A DNA stretch of 64,000 nt from Lenisia limosa (Eukaryota; Protista; Breviatea), in assembly GCA_001655205.1 (NCBI GenBank), contig LPNZ01007402.1, positions 1,218 through 65,217 of the forward strand, given 5' to 3'. Shown piece by piece: positions 1 to 12,700 of this stretch. Under the pieces are notes generated by a model that worked only from the letters and a program-made list of their open reading frames with translations, was not told where the DNA came from and searched no databases. Within the stretch, counting starts at the first letter, position 1. Every line of letters begins with the position of its first letter. Both the position numbers and the translations under genes were made by a program.

Positions 1-3000
1 TAAAGCTTATATGAAAATCAATCATTCGTAAGGTGAGAGATTAAGCCTCCTCTTTTAGCAACTGTCTTCTTTCCTGGTTTGAAATGAATCCTAATCCTCT
101 AACGCCTGTGGGAAACATCTTTGAAATATATTAATTTCCATAAAAGGGTTCTTTCGTTTTCGTTTCATTTGGTTTTAGATTGAAGAATGCTTCGGTAGCA
201 AAAGCTCAAGGTTGGGGGGCGTCAATAAAACATGTAACTCGGCTTTAGTTATGTGTCTTTTTTTTTCATTGAAAGATAACCCTTCAGTTTGACAAGCACA
301 CCTGTCACAAAAAATCCAGGGTACTATGTTGATCAACCCCAGCACAGCGTAAGCGGTGGAATGCAAGGGCAAAGGCAGTCTTTTTCTTGCAATGTGTTCC
401 GTTTTACGCTAAGCAACTCCCCAGCCTTGTCACCCTCAGGATGGTTCAGAGTGTCAAGTATTTTATTTAATTTGATTTGTTTAGGTCTCTGCAGCACCCT
501 CCGGTTTTATCCAATGTTAATCGAAATCCGCAGCTATCCCAACCCATTTCCAATCCTCTTCCATTCCAAGCCCAAATGCCTGTACCCCAGCAGGTAATAT
601 CCCCTCAGGTACGTGTTGAGTCTTTGTTATTGTATGTGTGTTGCTATTTGACTGGTTATTATTAGCTTGGCGATCTTTCATTTCATATTATCTTTTACTG
701 TTTTGTATGACGGGTTCTCTTTTGCTATTTTGTATGAATATGCAAGGAAAGTTGTAAAGATAGTACAAAATAAGCATTATAATAAGTACTCCACTCCCGG
801 TTCAAATAAGACTGGAATTGATATGTCGATTTATTGATAAATTAAGGTTTTTTGTACCGAAGTTAAACACATTTCTTTCTTTTCTGATATGCAACTTATC
901 ATTATCAAAATTCTGATTTATTATTGATAAAATCTGCCTTGCTCCCTTTAAAACGAACAAGGAATTGACGTAGTATGTAATATCCAAATCTATTTTGGTT
1001 CTGATTGCACTAATTATTACCCGACTCACATCCAAGGGACCGAACAACATTCCGGTCGTGCCACCACGGATTGCATTACACCCCCGACCGAGACCTCCAT
1101 CGTCAATTGTCATCTCTTCTGCTGCTCCTCAGAAGCAGTTGAACAACCCTTTACCTGCAACGTCTGTGGTATCGGTGAAACATTCTTCCGCCCCGGTTTC
1201 ACGGGTACAGCCATCAGCACCTCAATCCTCACTTTCCGGATTCCTGTCCCAGGAAAGCCAATTCAAACAGTCTGCCACCCCAAGTATTTACCGCCCCGTA
1301 CATTCCATGCACACTGCTATACCCGCTGCCACCCCCATCCCCCAAGTGGCAGGACCGCAATTCCACGCTATTACCTCCAATGGAGTCAATCGAGTGGGAC
1401 CTTCAGGCTTGTCGCATATGTCTGCAATAGACCCCCCGAAAGCTGTTGAGATCCGACAGGACTCCCATGTTCAGATTAAATCCGAGCCGTCACGCTCAGT
1501 CCGACACACTCTCAGCCAGCGACCGCCGCCGCTGAAAGCCGCGCCATCTATTGCGCTCTCGCAAACCCCGTTATCGACGTTGTCGTCACCACCTATACCG
1601 TCAGGGCCTCTTTCCACCCCTTCGCGGCCGGAACCTTCAGTCACGCCCACTTCGGATGACAGCATCGTTTCAACTGTTTCGTTTGCGGGGGGGGGGGNNN
1701 NNNNNNNNNNNNNNNNNNNNNNNNNNNNNNNNNNNNNNNNNNNNNNNNNNNNNNNNNNNNNNNNNNNNNNNNNNNNNNNNNNNNNNNNNNNNNNNNNNNN
1801 NNNNNNNNAAGCATACAGCGTCAAAAGTAAAACAGGCGAACGTTCGTCTTGGCAGTTTACTTTTTAGTAGTACTGCTGAACCGGTTAAGACTGAGCGATA
1901 TCCAAAACTTGGGCATACTTCGGCCATCCCCCCACTTTCTTCTTTAGGTATGTGCTGTGGACAGAATTATGTTCTCTTGTATGTATTTCTTGAAAGAAAT
2001 TATACCTGGAAATATCAACTGTTGGTGAGATCTTATTGAAACAGAAGTGAATATTTTTATGCTCCGCATTTTAACCTTTAAGACAATTAACAGTTTAGCT
2101 CCATCGCAGCCCCGTTTGCCCTTAAAAAGACAATCACAACTTCGAAAAAATGTAAGCTTTTTCTTCTGTTTCACTTTTAAAACAATTGTCCAAAAATTCA
2201 TTGTTTAGATTGGTGGAATACCTCTCCTCAGAAACAGCCAACAGTCCAATCAAACTCCCACGATGTCAAACTTCCGAGTGCAAGCCACTGCAAAAGAGCC
2301 TATCGTGGGTGTCGCCGTGCTATTACCATATAATACAGTGTTGTATGTACTATATATAGTTAGTATTACTATAGTATAGATTCCCAACGGTTCCAAAAAG
2401 ATCCGAAAAATATCTACGGGATATGTCTTGACCGATAATCCTTGGGAAATCATATAGCAAATCGGTCAGGACTTTGCCCTGTCACTGTATATATTTATAT
2501 ATAGCCATGGTAGATGTATGAGATAGTAATATTACTATATGATATTATATTATATTGAGGATTTACCAGGTAATTCGGTCCTTTGGTACCCTAGAGAAGC
2601 TCTTGTTAGATATGATATTATTATTTCATTACAAAGATTCGGTTTTTATTCCGCAGAAGCAGCCAAACAAGAGCCCCGTGAGCATGATTGCCGAATGGTC
2701 CTTTCTTAACAAGGATCATCGCCCTCAGTTTAGTCCGGAGGCTATCATCTCCGACAAAGCGAAGTACATCAAAAAGGCCCAGGACCTTGCCAGAGATCAC
2801 ACCAAAAGCATCATTCAGCAGCATTCGCTAAGCAATTCTGTTGTGGGTGATGATGTTGAATTTCTAAATCTCTCATTCCTCTATATTGTTTCACATCTTT
2901 AGGTTTCTCAGGAGTATTCTAAGGTGCATGAAGATGGCTGCATCGACCAAATGTTCAAGGAATGTGCTGATGTTAAAACGTGAGCTCGAGGAATAATCAT

Positions 3001-6000
3001 CCATATCAAAAAAAAAAAAGTATTTGGGCTTCTTTGGTCTGAAAAGACCATGAAAATGTCGATATTTACAATTCACATGTTTCGTTGTATTTTAGAATCA
3101 TTCAAGGCTATCATATCGACATAATATCTTCCCCATATGCCATGCTCATAGTTTAGGGACCAAATCCACCCTGAATTAGTTCAAAAAGTGTATGACATGG
3201 TCTTCGAGGATGCCATTGGCAAAAATATCATTTTCAAGCAGGTGTCAACAATACTGGTAAGAAGGGCCTTATGTTCGGTAAATGATTAGGGATGACCTCC
3301 TTTTCTTGAATATTAGCATTTCAAATCACATCTTAGGCGAACCCTCCTGACCCAGACCCCAACTGGCTGAAGTCGTGGAAGAACGGGGCCACGCGCGTAC
3401 CTTGGCAGTTTTGGGAGGTGCGTATTGCTTCAGATCTCGAGCCTTTATCAAAATTATAAGAATTATGTATAGTATGTAGAAATGAAAAATAAAGCAACTA
3501 GAATCAGGCTGAGACTGTTGGCACCATCACATTTTTAAGAGATATTATATTACAAATTCACCTTATAACAATTTTCTGTGTGGCTCCCCTTTTGTCCCTT
3601 TTAAACATGAATCTCACAGTTGTAACCCCCTCACTAGCTCACCCCTTCCCTCTATTAACAACTGGCAGATTGCCGTTTTGCGTCGACTTGTTTTGCGATA
3701 CGGCAGCGACTACAGCCAATATATGATGTATCTACACAACAAAAGTGCCAATGCTTGTCGTCGGTTCATTAAGGACGAGGGCGGTGCCAAGGAGCTCTGC
3801 AAGTCTGAGGGCCGGCTTTGAAAGCATGTTTTCTGCAATACTATGACAGATCCTTTGAGAACTGTTCACATTGTACTCATATATGTAGACCTTTGTATTT
3901 TGCCCACCATCGCCTCCATAGAAATAATTTGGTGGATGAGGTGTCAGTCAAAGCAACATCGCAAGATCTTGAGGAGGTGGGTTCGATTCCAGCTTCTGCT
4001 TACTTTTCTTATTTTTTTTAAGAGTGTTTAATCTCTTTAGCTCAATAATGGAACATTTTCTTTGGCTGTTCTTCCCGAAGATCCCGTATTCGAGTCTTTG
4101 AAGGAGCTTGATGAAGGTAGGTAGTGCTCATTTCAATTTTTCTTTTCTTTTGTAAGTTTAACAACAGGTTTATTCGTCTAATTGTCATAAAGCTGATATT
4201 TTTATGTTCCTTGGTTTTCACTTTCTCACAAAGCTCAGCGTAGTTTTGTATCTTTTCCCCCTCACATCAACTGTTTGAGTGGTAATAATAGATGGTACTT
4301 TTATCGTATCCTGGGGTTTATAGCTTTAATTATTTGACAATAGAGTCGAGATCTGGGCTTCTTTTTTTTTTGAAGCTTCCGCCTTCTCCTTTCTTTGTTT
4401 CTGTTATTTCGGAGTTTGGCCCGTTTCTGTAGAATGTAGATTTTCATCAGAATTGTTGACAAAACAATTACAGTGTTATTTTTTGTTTCATAAATTCCCC
4501 CTCCCTGCCAATGTAGGTTTTTTTTTTTTTGCTAGACTTGTAATTTACCCATNNNNNNNNNNNNNNNNNNNNNNNNNNNNNNNNNNNNNNNNNNNNNNNN
4601 NNNNNNNNNNNNNNNNNNNNNNNNNNNNNNNNNNNNNNNNNNNNNNNNNNNNNNNNNNNNATTGTCATGATAGTTAGCAGTGCAGTTCTCATTATGCGGT
4701 GATCTATGCTGTTTTTCCCATACATTTTCCTATACATTTCACCATACATTGCATTCGGTGTCACCCTTCAGCAGACGAAGCCAAAGGTAATTAAGCAAAT
4801 CATTGAGCCACTTGCTGAGATTCGAAGTACTTCCGATATCCTTGACGCAGATATGAACTACTGGTACAATCCTGATTCCTTTGGTTTGTGGGTTTTGGCA
4901 CATTTAACCCTTTATTCAGTATCCATAATTTATGTACAATATCCATTTGGTTCCGCCATACATTGTGATGAGAAATTGCAGTCAACATTTGTCAATTGCT
5001 ACTTAGGAAGATTGTTATGTTAATATAGATACTAACATTACATATCAAAAAATGTACGAGGATTCGACCTACTTTCCAATTATCCATATGAGGGATAGGG
5101 GAAACATTCCGCATAGCTGTGTAATCGTCAAAAATAATGTGATGACAACTAAGCCGAATTTGGACCAATGTTATACTTATATATTAATAGGATGCTTACA
5201 TTGCATGAGGTCTTTGCGTAACTCACATCTTCAGCTGACTCCCCATTCCCCCAAATTTCGGAATCTGAGCCTCTCTCCACCTTGTTTGGGGGTTATATTC
5301 TTCGCTTCTAAATAATTGCGGTTTATCTTTGTTGCTTCCTTCTCAGTTATCATTGCTTCCCTCCTATTATGATGCTTGTCATACTTATTGACAGGTACGA
5401 TGACGAGGCAGCAGAGATTGTGTCCAAAGTCCTAGACGCCAACAAGTCACACCAATTTGTTGGAGTCATTACGGACTCTATTGATGAGGGAGATGAAACG
5501 CTCTGTGTTGATGAGGTCTGGGAGCATACCACTTGCAATTGCGTTTTCGAAAGTTTAAAGCACAAAATCCCCACCTCCAAATCTCTCTCAGAGTTGATTT
5601 GGGTTTTTTTTGTTTCATAGATTTTCCAATTTTACTCCCCCCCCCNNNNNNNNNNNNNNNNNNNNNNNNNNNNNNNNNNNNNNNNNNNNNNNNNNNNNNN
5701 NNNNNNNNNNNNNNNNNNNNNNNNNNNNNGGACCAGTGCAATGTAAGTGGATACGGAGTTCATATTTCATTTTGTTTGAACCAATTTACCCCCTTCCCTT
5801 CCCTGAGAATCTGGAGCTTTTTTTTAGTTTGTTTCATTTGTTTTGGTATTCGTTTGATTTGGCATTTGATAATTAATTGTGTGTTTGTGTATCTTTGTTT
5901 ACCCCTCTCCCCGAAAGTGGGTTGCTTTGTGCTTCTTCTTCTTCCTATTCGCAAATTATAGTATTTTAACTGTCATGTGTTTGAACACAAATTTCCAATT

Positions 6001-6445
6001 TTACTATCGAAATTTCCTTCGTTTTACTCCCCCCCNNNNNNNNNNNNNNNNNNNNNNNNNNNNNNNNNNNNNNNNNNNNNNNNNNNNNNNNNNNNNNNNN
6101 NNNNNNNNNNNNNNNNNNNNNNNNNNNNNNNNNNNNNNNNNNNNNNNNNNNNNNNNNNGGAACCCCGTTTGGTCGGTGGATTGGTTGTGGAATAAAGATT
6201 GAGTATTTTGGATTGTGATGAGCAGAGGATCTCTATTCTGACTTATGAGCAAGCAGGTGTTATTTGGCTGCTCTTGTTCCTTCTATTTATTTTTTTTATA
6301 TAGAGTAGATGTGTGTTGACATTTCAGGTACACTGTTTCGCCCCAAGGTTTCAAAACGAAATTGGGGCGAAAACCCTTCCCAGGTCTTGATATTAAGAAG
6401 AAGAGGATAAAGAAAGAGCCTATCAGGAAGAAGCGTGAGTTGTAA
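1..6445 (+). CDS. Large multi-exon, probably nuclear protein with Pro/Ser-rich N-terminal region and a SANT/Myb-like domain (5' partial, spans gaps)
   Basis: Spliced exons give PWQFWEIAVLRRLVLRYGSDYSQYMMYLHNKSANACRRF (about 3400-3770), which fits a Myb/SANT W..E...L...V..YG pattern. Low-complexity P/S/Q exons lie at 430-1690. Basic C-terminus KKKRIKKEPIRKKREL ends at TAA 6443-6445. Confidence 0.5.
2417..2489. mobile_element. Family 2 MITE copy (left end lost)
   Basis: CGGGATATGTCTTGACCGA...TTGGGAAATCATATAGCAAATCGGTCA...GTCACTGTA shares both TIR and interior with the 31236 copy. Confidence 0.7.
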
Positions 6446-6664
6446 TATCTATTTTGTACTTTTATCTATGTCGAGTTGAGATCTCTATTTCTATGTTTCT
6501 GTGTATAATAAATGTTTCAGATGATGAATTTTATATCTGGAGGAAAATGTCCAAAAGAAATTGCAATAAATGTAACATCAGTGTAACATGCGAATTCGTA
6601 ACCAACCAAACACTCCACACAGCTAATTAGCATGAGACACCAATCACAAACTTGGTCAAACATA

Positions 6665-6925
6665 ACACAAAATCACGAAACATAATTCATAAAAAATCAC
6701 GAAACATAATATACTATCATAAAAAATCACAAAAATGAAATATCATGACATTCAAAAAAACAAAGTGAAAACTGAAATATCATGGCCTGAAAAAAGAAAC
6801 AAAGTGAAAACTGCAATATCATCACCTGCAAAAAACCAAAAAAATTACAAAAAAAATTACAAAAAAAATTACAAAAAAAATTACAAAAAAAATTACAAAA
6901 AAAATACAAAAAAATACAAAAAAAT
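6665..6925. repeat. A-rich short tandem repeats downstream of the tRNA
   Basis: About 11-nt AAAAAAATTAC units x6 (6838-6925), about 38-nt GAAATATCATG...AAACAAAGTGAAAACTG units (6737-6830), and AAAATCACGAAACATAAT x2. On the tRNA strand these are repeated oligo-T Pol III terminators. Confidence 0.85.
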
Positions 6926-6998
6926 TGCCGACTCCCGGGATCGATCCGGGGACCTTACGATCTTCAGTCGTACGCTCTCCCAATTGAGCTAAGTCGGC
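6926..6998 (-). tRNA. trnF-GAA: tRNA-Phe (GAA), intronless, 73 nt
   Basis: Reverse complement GCCGACTTAGCTCAATTGGGAGAGCGTACGACTGAAGATCGTAAGGTCCCCGGATCGATCCCGGGAGTCGGCA folds into a full cloverleaf with anticodon GAA and is followed by T-runs. Confidence 0.97.
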
Positions 6999-7342
6999 TA
7001 GTACATTTTCGAAAGGATCAAAATGATTACCGATGATGGCCTTTTCTTACATTAATTACATTAGTTACATGAGTCACATACACGGGGGGTTTATATATCG
7101 GACTATTTAAGAAAATTGTGATTTTGTTTCATCCCTTCACAGTCTTAAGTACTGGGTAGTATACGTAAAGAGAACAAAAATACGTTTTGAAAGCTGCACA
7201 TTTCTTTAAAATATACTCACTATGTGATAATAGCATTCTTTGTTGGTCTGTGTTGCCCTCTTCAAGCCGCTCCCCCTGTAACGGAGTGGCGTTATATAAC
7301 AACTAAAGCTACTGAATAGGAGAACTTCTCCACCGCCTTAGA

Positions 7343-9552
7343 ATGTATCACTTTTACACTCGTGAAGAGTTGTCAGATATCTCCATCTTCCAATGGCTGT
7401 CCCCCATCGGAAATCTCTCGCCAACGCATATGGCTTTGATTATTACTTCATTTATGATGTTTTCTCTGGTGTTCTTGATAGGCCAAGTGTTTTCACCTCT
7501 GCTATTTCCGTCTTTCCGCAAGCTTTCGAGAACCGACCGTGTTGACTGGTGTACAAGGTATTCTGGATTTCCATTTCGGATAAATTATGGAGGCTAAAGA
7601 AGTGTGATGGTGGTGTAATTAGAGAATTCCCTCTTTTGCTACTTGGACATATCCCTTATTTTTTCACCTTTTTCATAACCTTTTGTACCTTCGGAAGAGT
7701 AACTATTTTGGCGGGCAACATCAGATTTGTACCCAGGAGCTTTAATGAGTTTTTGCAGTGGTATATTGCTTTAATAGTTTCAAAATTTTACAATAAGACA
7801 ATGGGGGAAGGCACTTGTTTTTGCGTTTCAGTTCCGGTCATTCCGAACTCTCCACCCGCAACCTTCCGCTTTTCCTTCCGCTTATCCGTTTTAGATACAC
7901 GTCATCGCTTCATTGTATCGGCGCTGTGGGGGCGGCCATCTACATCATTCTCACCCAGCCTAATTTCGGAAACGATCCTCTTTTTGATACTGATGTTCGG
8001 GCAGAGGCTCTGCTTTGCTTCTCTATCGGGTAGGTGGGGACGACTCTTCCTGAATGGTCATCTAAGCATAGGCTTTTGAGGCAGTTTGTTTAGTCACCTT
8101 CCATACATTTTTTCGGCTATTAAAAATGCACAACTCTCGCACAACCTTTTTTCAACATTTTTCTCTCTGGCATTTTCCTTTAGAAGAGGTGATATGAAAC
8201 AAAACTTTTCACCTTAAACTTTGTGCTGGTTTATTTGGAGAGGTTTTTTGTCTGGTTTTTGGTGTTGAGGCTATACGAAGATTTCCTCCCAACTCTGGAT
8301 CATTACTGCACCAAATCCCCTTATCTTAATTCTTATGTCAATGATGATGTTGATGCTAAAGAAAGAGACTGTTGTCTTTTAAAAAACTCATCAAAGCTAT
8401 TCAAGAACAATAACCATATCATACATACAACTTATATGTACATGTATATATACTATGATCTATCATTTTTGATATCCAGTAATAAATTTTGATTAATGGA
8501 AGAGAACTGGAGAAGAGAAAGTGTTTTGAAATAAGCTTTCCAGAGACTTTGCTTATCGCAAGCCTTCGGAAGCAGAAAGTTTACTTCCGAATTTAGTTGA
8601 CAAGAAAAAGTTTCTTTTCGCATTCCCTTGATTATATTATATCCATCAATTCGGGTGTTCCTATCCATCACGCTTTAGATACTTTGCAATGGACCTTTGT
8701 GTTGTGTTACTGTACCGTCTCCAGCCAATTGTGTTCCTTGTTGCCCACCACTGGATCTCAGCACAAGGCTTCGTCATCATCACGGTTGGTTTTGCAGAAC
8801 AAATACATTTTATATTTATATCATACACTATGATATACTATAGACATTTTTCCTCTGTCAACAAGAGAATTTTGAGAATACTAGTGCACAAAAACATCAC
8901 ATTGTATCTAGGGTTACGGACAAGGCGAGTATTTTGGTGTCGTGTTTCTCCTCTCTGAGGCCACTGGTAAGCAAAATATAAGAATTCTTAGTTTTTAAAT
9001 CATTTCCGCCATTCCAACCTATCACCATTCCAGGGCCTTTTTTGAACATGTCCTGGATGCTTGCAAAGTCCGGCTATGAGCTGTCCCAGTTGAACTTCAT
9101 TGTTAAGTTCTTCACCACTATTAACTGGTATGTTGTTAGTGATCAACTGTATAATGTTCCATACTCCTTTCACATACCCCTAGTGCCTACAATATTTGTG
9201 CTAAGTTTTTCCTCAATCAATCTCATGACTCTTCAGGTTCATCTTTCGTACCCTTCTGAGCATACCGATGTTGATGATCGGTGGCAAAATTTGGAGTCTT
9301 TCTGCTTCTTCAACCCCCTATATCAAATGTTAGATTCACTCTCTCCATTTTATGTCACTCTAAAAATAACCACCCACCCTAATTAATGTTTCTTACTTTT
9401 TAGTTCAAATTGGTCTGACCCTTCTCTTCCTTTGTTCCATCAATATACTGTATTTCTACGTGGTCTTCCAAGAGCTAATGGACCTCAAACGAAGAAGAGA
9501 ACTCTCAAGAGCTTCCAAGAAGCATGAGAGGTCGGCAATTAATTGCTTCTAG
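7343..9552 (+). CDS. TLC (TRAM/LAG1/CLN8) domain membrane protein, TLCD4/TMEM56-like
   Basis: Spliced product includes DRVDWCTRYTSSLHCIG, GYFAMDLCVV...FLVAHHWIS, LLSEATGPFLNMSWML, WFIFR and INILYFY, with several hydrophobic helices. Confidence 0.8.
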
Positions 9553-9702
9553 TCTTGGGTGTAATGTTGTTTCTTTCGTTTCTTAGTTTGTTTCCCCTCT
9601 TCTCTCACTTATGGTTATTAGTTGGTTAACTGGTAATGGATATAGTATGTCAATGATAATATCAGTTGGTTCAATAAAAATAAATAAGTTACACAAGAAA
9701 GG

Positions 9703-12700
9703 CTAAGCAACATATGGGGGTGGGGGTCCATCCTCAAGAGCGGGTGCACTAAAATGATCAAATGATATCTTGGATAACAAAAGTGATAGACATAAATGGA
9801 TAGTATAGAAATAAGAAATAACAAGACAAAAACAATATCTAGTAATATATACATCATAATCATGATATCATGTACTATTACTATATCATTGTAAGGCAAA
9901 CGAATGGGTGAATTAATATTATACTATAATCCAATATTTCTGATGGTGTGGACGGCTTCGGCCAGATAAAACCATATTTTTTTTATTTCGCATTGCTTTA
10001 TCATATTGGCATTGCGGAATACCACATACACAACGAAATACCTTGGGATTTGAGGGTACAATGGGTTCTGCATTTGCTGGGGGACTACGGGCGGTTGTGG
10101 CTGTTCATAGTTGGGCGGCGCATGGGACGGAGCGGCTGAGTTCACTATCACCTTAAATGTGACTTCACATATGAATTAAGGTTATTTTTCTAGATCAAAA
10201 TCAAATTATTGTCCCATAGATCTGCAGCCTTTTGGAAAGGATCATCTCAATAACGGGTGTTTATTTGGGCGGCTGTGTACCCGGGTACCTCAGTGGAGAC
10301 CACAAGGTCATGGGCTGCATTCGGGGCATGGGGTCGCGACCGTACTCGGAAGAACCTCTTGCGCCGCACAATACTGAAATGGGTCAAGGTATGGAAGGTG
10401 GTAACTGAAAAGAATTACAAATGTGAGATCGAATGTTCCACTCTTTACCTAAATAAAGGACTCTACACTAACTACTGATATCATCAACATATCTATGGTA
10501 TGTGATACATATGCTATGATATCATCATTACAAAAGCCCAAGAGACCCACCTGTAAATGCGCTGTTTGCGTGTCCACCCGGTTCCCCATAAAGTTGAGTA
10601 CTTCCATCCATCATCTGGGGGTCAGCGGTGAATATCATGTCATCCTTAAAATAACACGATAAAAAAAAGTGTCATACAGAGCAGCAAAATTGTTCCCATT
10701 ACCCTCACCTCCATAATCCTCATCAAGAGTCCAAGTAGGAGAGTTCCATCGCCACCCTTTGGGCAGGGTGTCATCCATCATATACGGTCCGCCGTCTTCG
10801 TTTGAGTATTGCCTAAGAACAGGTTAGTTACAGGAGGACTTGGGTCCGAAGCAGACTGGGTAATATAAATATTAAAGAAGCTGGGATTGAAAAAGAGAAA
10901 TTTAGAGGGGGAAAAAGCACAAGAAGGATGAACGCTTCTGAATGAAAAGGACAATGTCCCTCACCCTCTTTCCGTAAACAGCAGGTTCTTCTTTGAGAAG
11001 CCCTTGAGGGGAATCTTCCGTTCATTTTCGAACATCTCCTCAGTAACCTCAGTGGCCCCATTATCGGGGTCTGGCTTGTAATAGTCTGAAGTGTCAGTTC
11101 TCATGAGCTGTTTTTGAAAGAGGAAAAGGATATTCTATGAAGTGGTAAAAATAATCAGGTTTATCAAGAATACTGAAAGATAATACTCTGTCTGTTACCC
11201 CCTCAATTCTCAAACCCAAACCCAACCAGGAGGAAGCTCCAAATTGATAGTGGATGACACAGTGAAGGGTTGTGGGACAACAGTCAGGTTGAAGGACTTG
11301 GATTTGTTGGTTGTGAACGTTGATGTGGACTGTAAGGTCAATCACTGATCACCTGAGCAACACTGCGATAGAACCCCCACTTACACCCAACACAGTGACC
11401 ATTTTAGTGCTGATGTTGATTTCGGGAAAGCTCCTGGAAGATTAATCTCACAAATCAAAAAGTAAAACAACTCAAAAGATACAAATCTTAACTTACAATG
11501 AAATTGGACAATTTTTGAACTGAAGGTGGGATATGAAGGCACTGATATCCTAAAGAGTAATAAAAACAGAAACAACTGGACAAAGCTGACACTTCCATCA
11601 GGTATAAAGGTGAAAATAATATCAAAAGGACAATCAATCGAAGCACTCACAGAGTCTGCTTTGAAGTTATCAGTGAAGCCAGCCATAGAACAGGAATAGG
11701 AAGGTTTAATGTTCCTCCATGAGCTGACCTATTCAAATGAATATTGCAACATGAGCAATCTGGGGATACTTCATTTGTGTGAAATTAACAACAAAATACG
11801 TTCCAAAGGAATTCCCATGCCAACTGCTACGTCGTGGTTGTGCTTCAAACTAATAGTACTTGAACAGTGGACTTTCAACTGATGGTGGTGTCACAAACGT
11901 ACTAACAAAACTCAAAAACCTGCAAGATATACTATTTGGCATGACTACCCCATCCCCCACAGTGGCGTCAGAGCTTGTTGAATTGATGATATCGAAACGA
12001 GAGGGTACGCTGTCATTGGGCCCTATAACCGCCCTCTCAACCATAGTGTGCAGTACAACTGCATGGTCATTTGGGTTTCTCACATTCCCAAAAAAATAGT
12101 AAACTGATACATATTTGACAATCTTTGATTATTGTTTCAAGGTTTTCCGGACCAATGGATATTGTGGATATAAAGCTTAAAGATAAAGGCATCTGTGGGA
12201 CAGTTTAGATCAATAAACTAATATAAACATTGACATGATGTATAGTATAATATGGTTGTGGTGACATTCCATGCCCACTGCTTCCCTTGATAAAGGTGTG
12301 TGTTTTTTTAGTGTTGTCAAAGAAAGGTTCGGGGGCTGGGACTGGGGGGCACATTAGCTCAACTCGGAATGGGTTGGACTTGAATGATGGACTGTAAGTG
12401 TAACGAAAAATGAACTTATGTTGATCATTTGATCCCCTTCGTCAAAACAGCGTAAAAAGGAGCAATAAAGGAGAGTGACAATTGGGATGATAAATAACTC
12501 ACGAGGCAATCTGGACACAGTAGGCTAGAGAGGCGTTGGCATTCTTCATTTTGCTCTGGAACTCAATTGGAGCTTCTGACACTACAAAATGAACTCATAT
12601 CGTAGAGAATCATTCATGGGCAATAATTTGAAATTTTGCCCTTTTATCTGATAGTTATCCAGCAAAGTTATCTGATAAAGGATCAAATACGAGGTTGCTA

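Noticed and set aside
5620-6036. Similar TTTCCAATTTTACT...CCCCCC sequences before two neighbouring gaps
   Set aside because: Short, low-complexity and next to gaps; cannot be told from a scaffolding artefact.
8031-8678. Possible nested gene or C/D snoRNA in the 650-nt TLC intron (ORF 8453-8671; AATGATGA at about 8341)
   Set aside because: No coherent coding model, and no matching D box or terminal stem.
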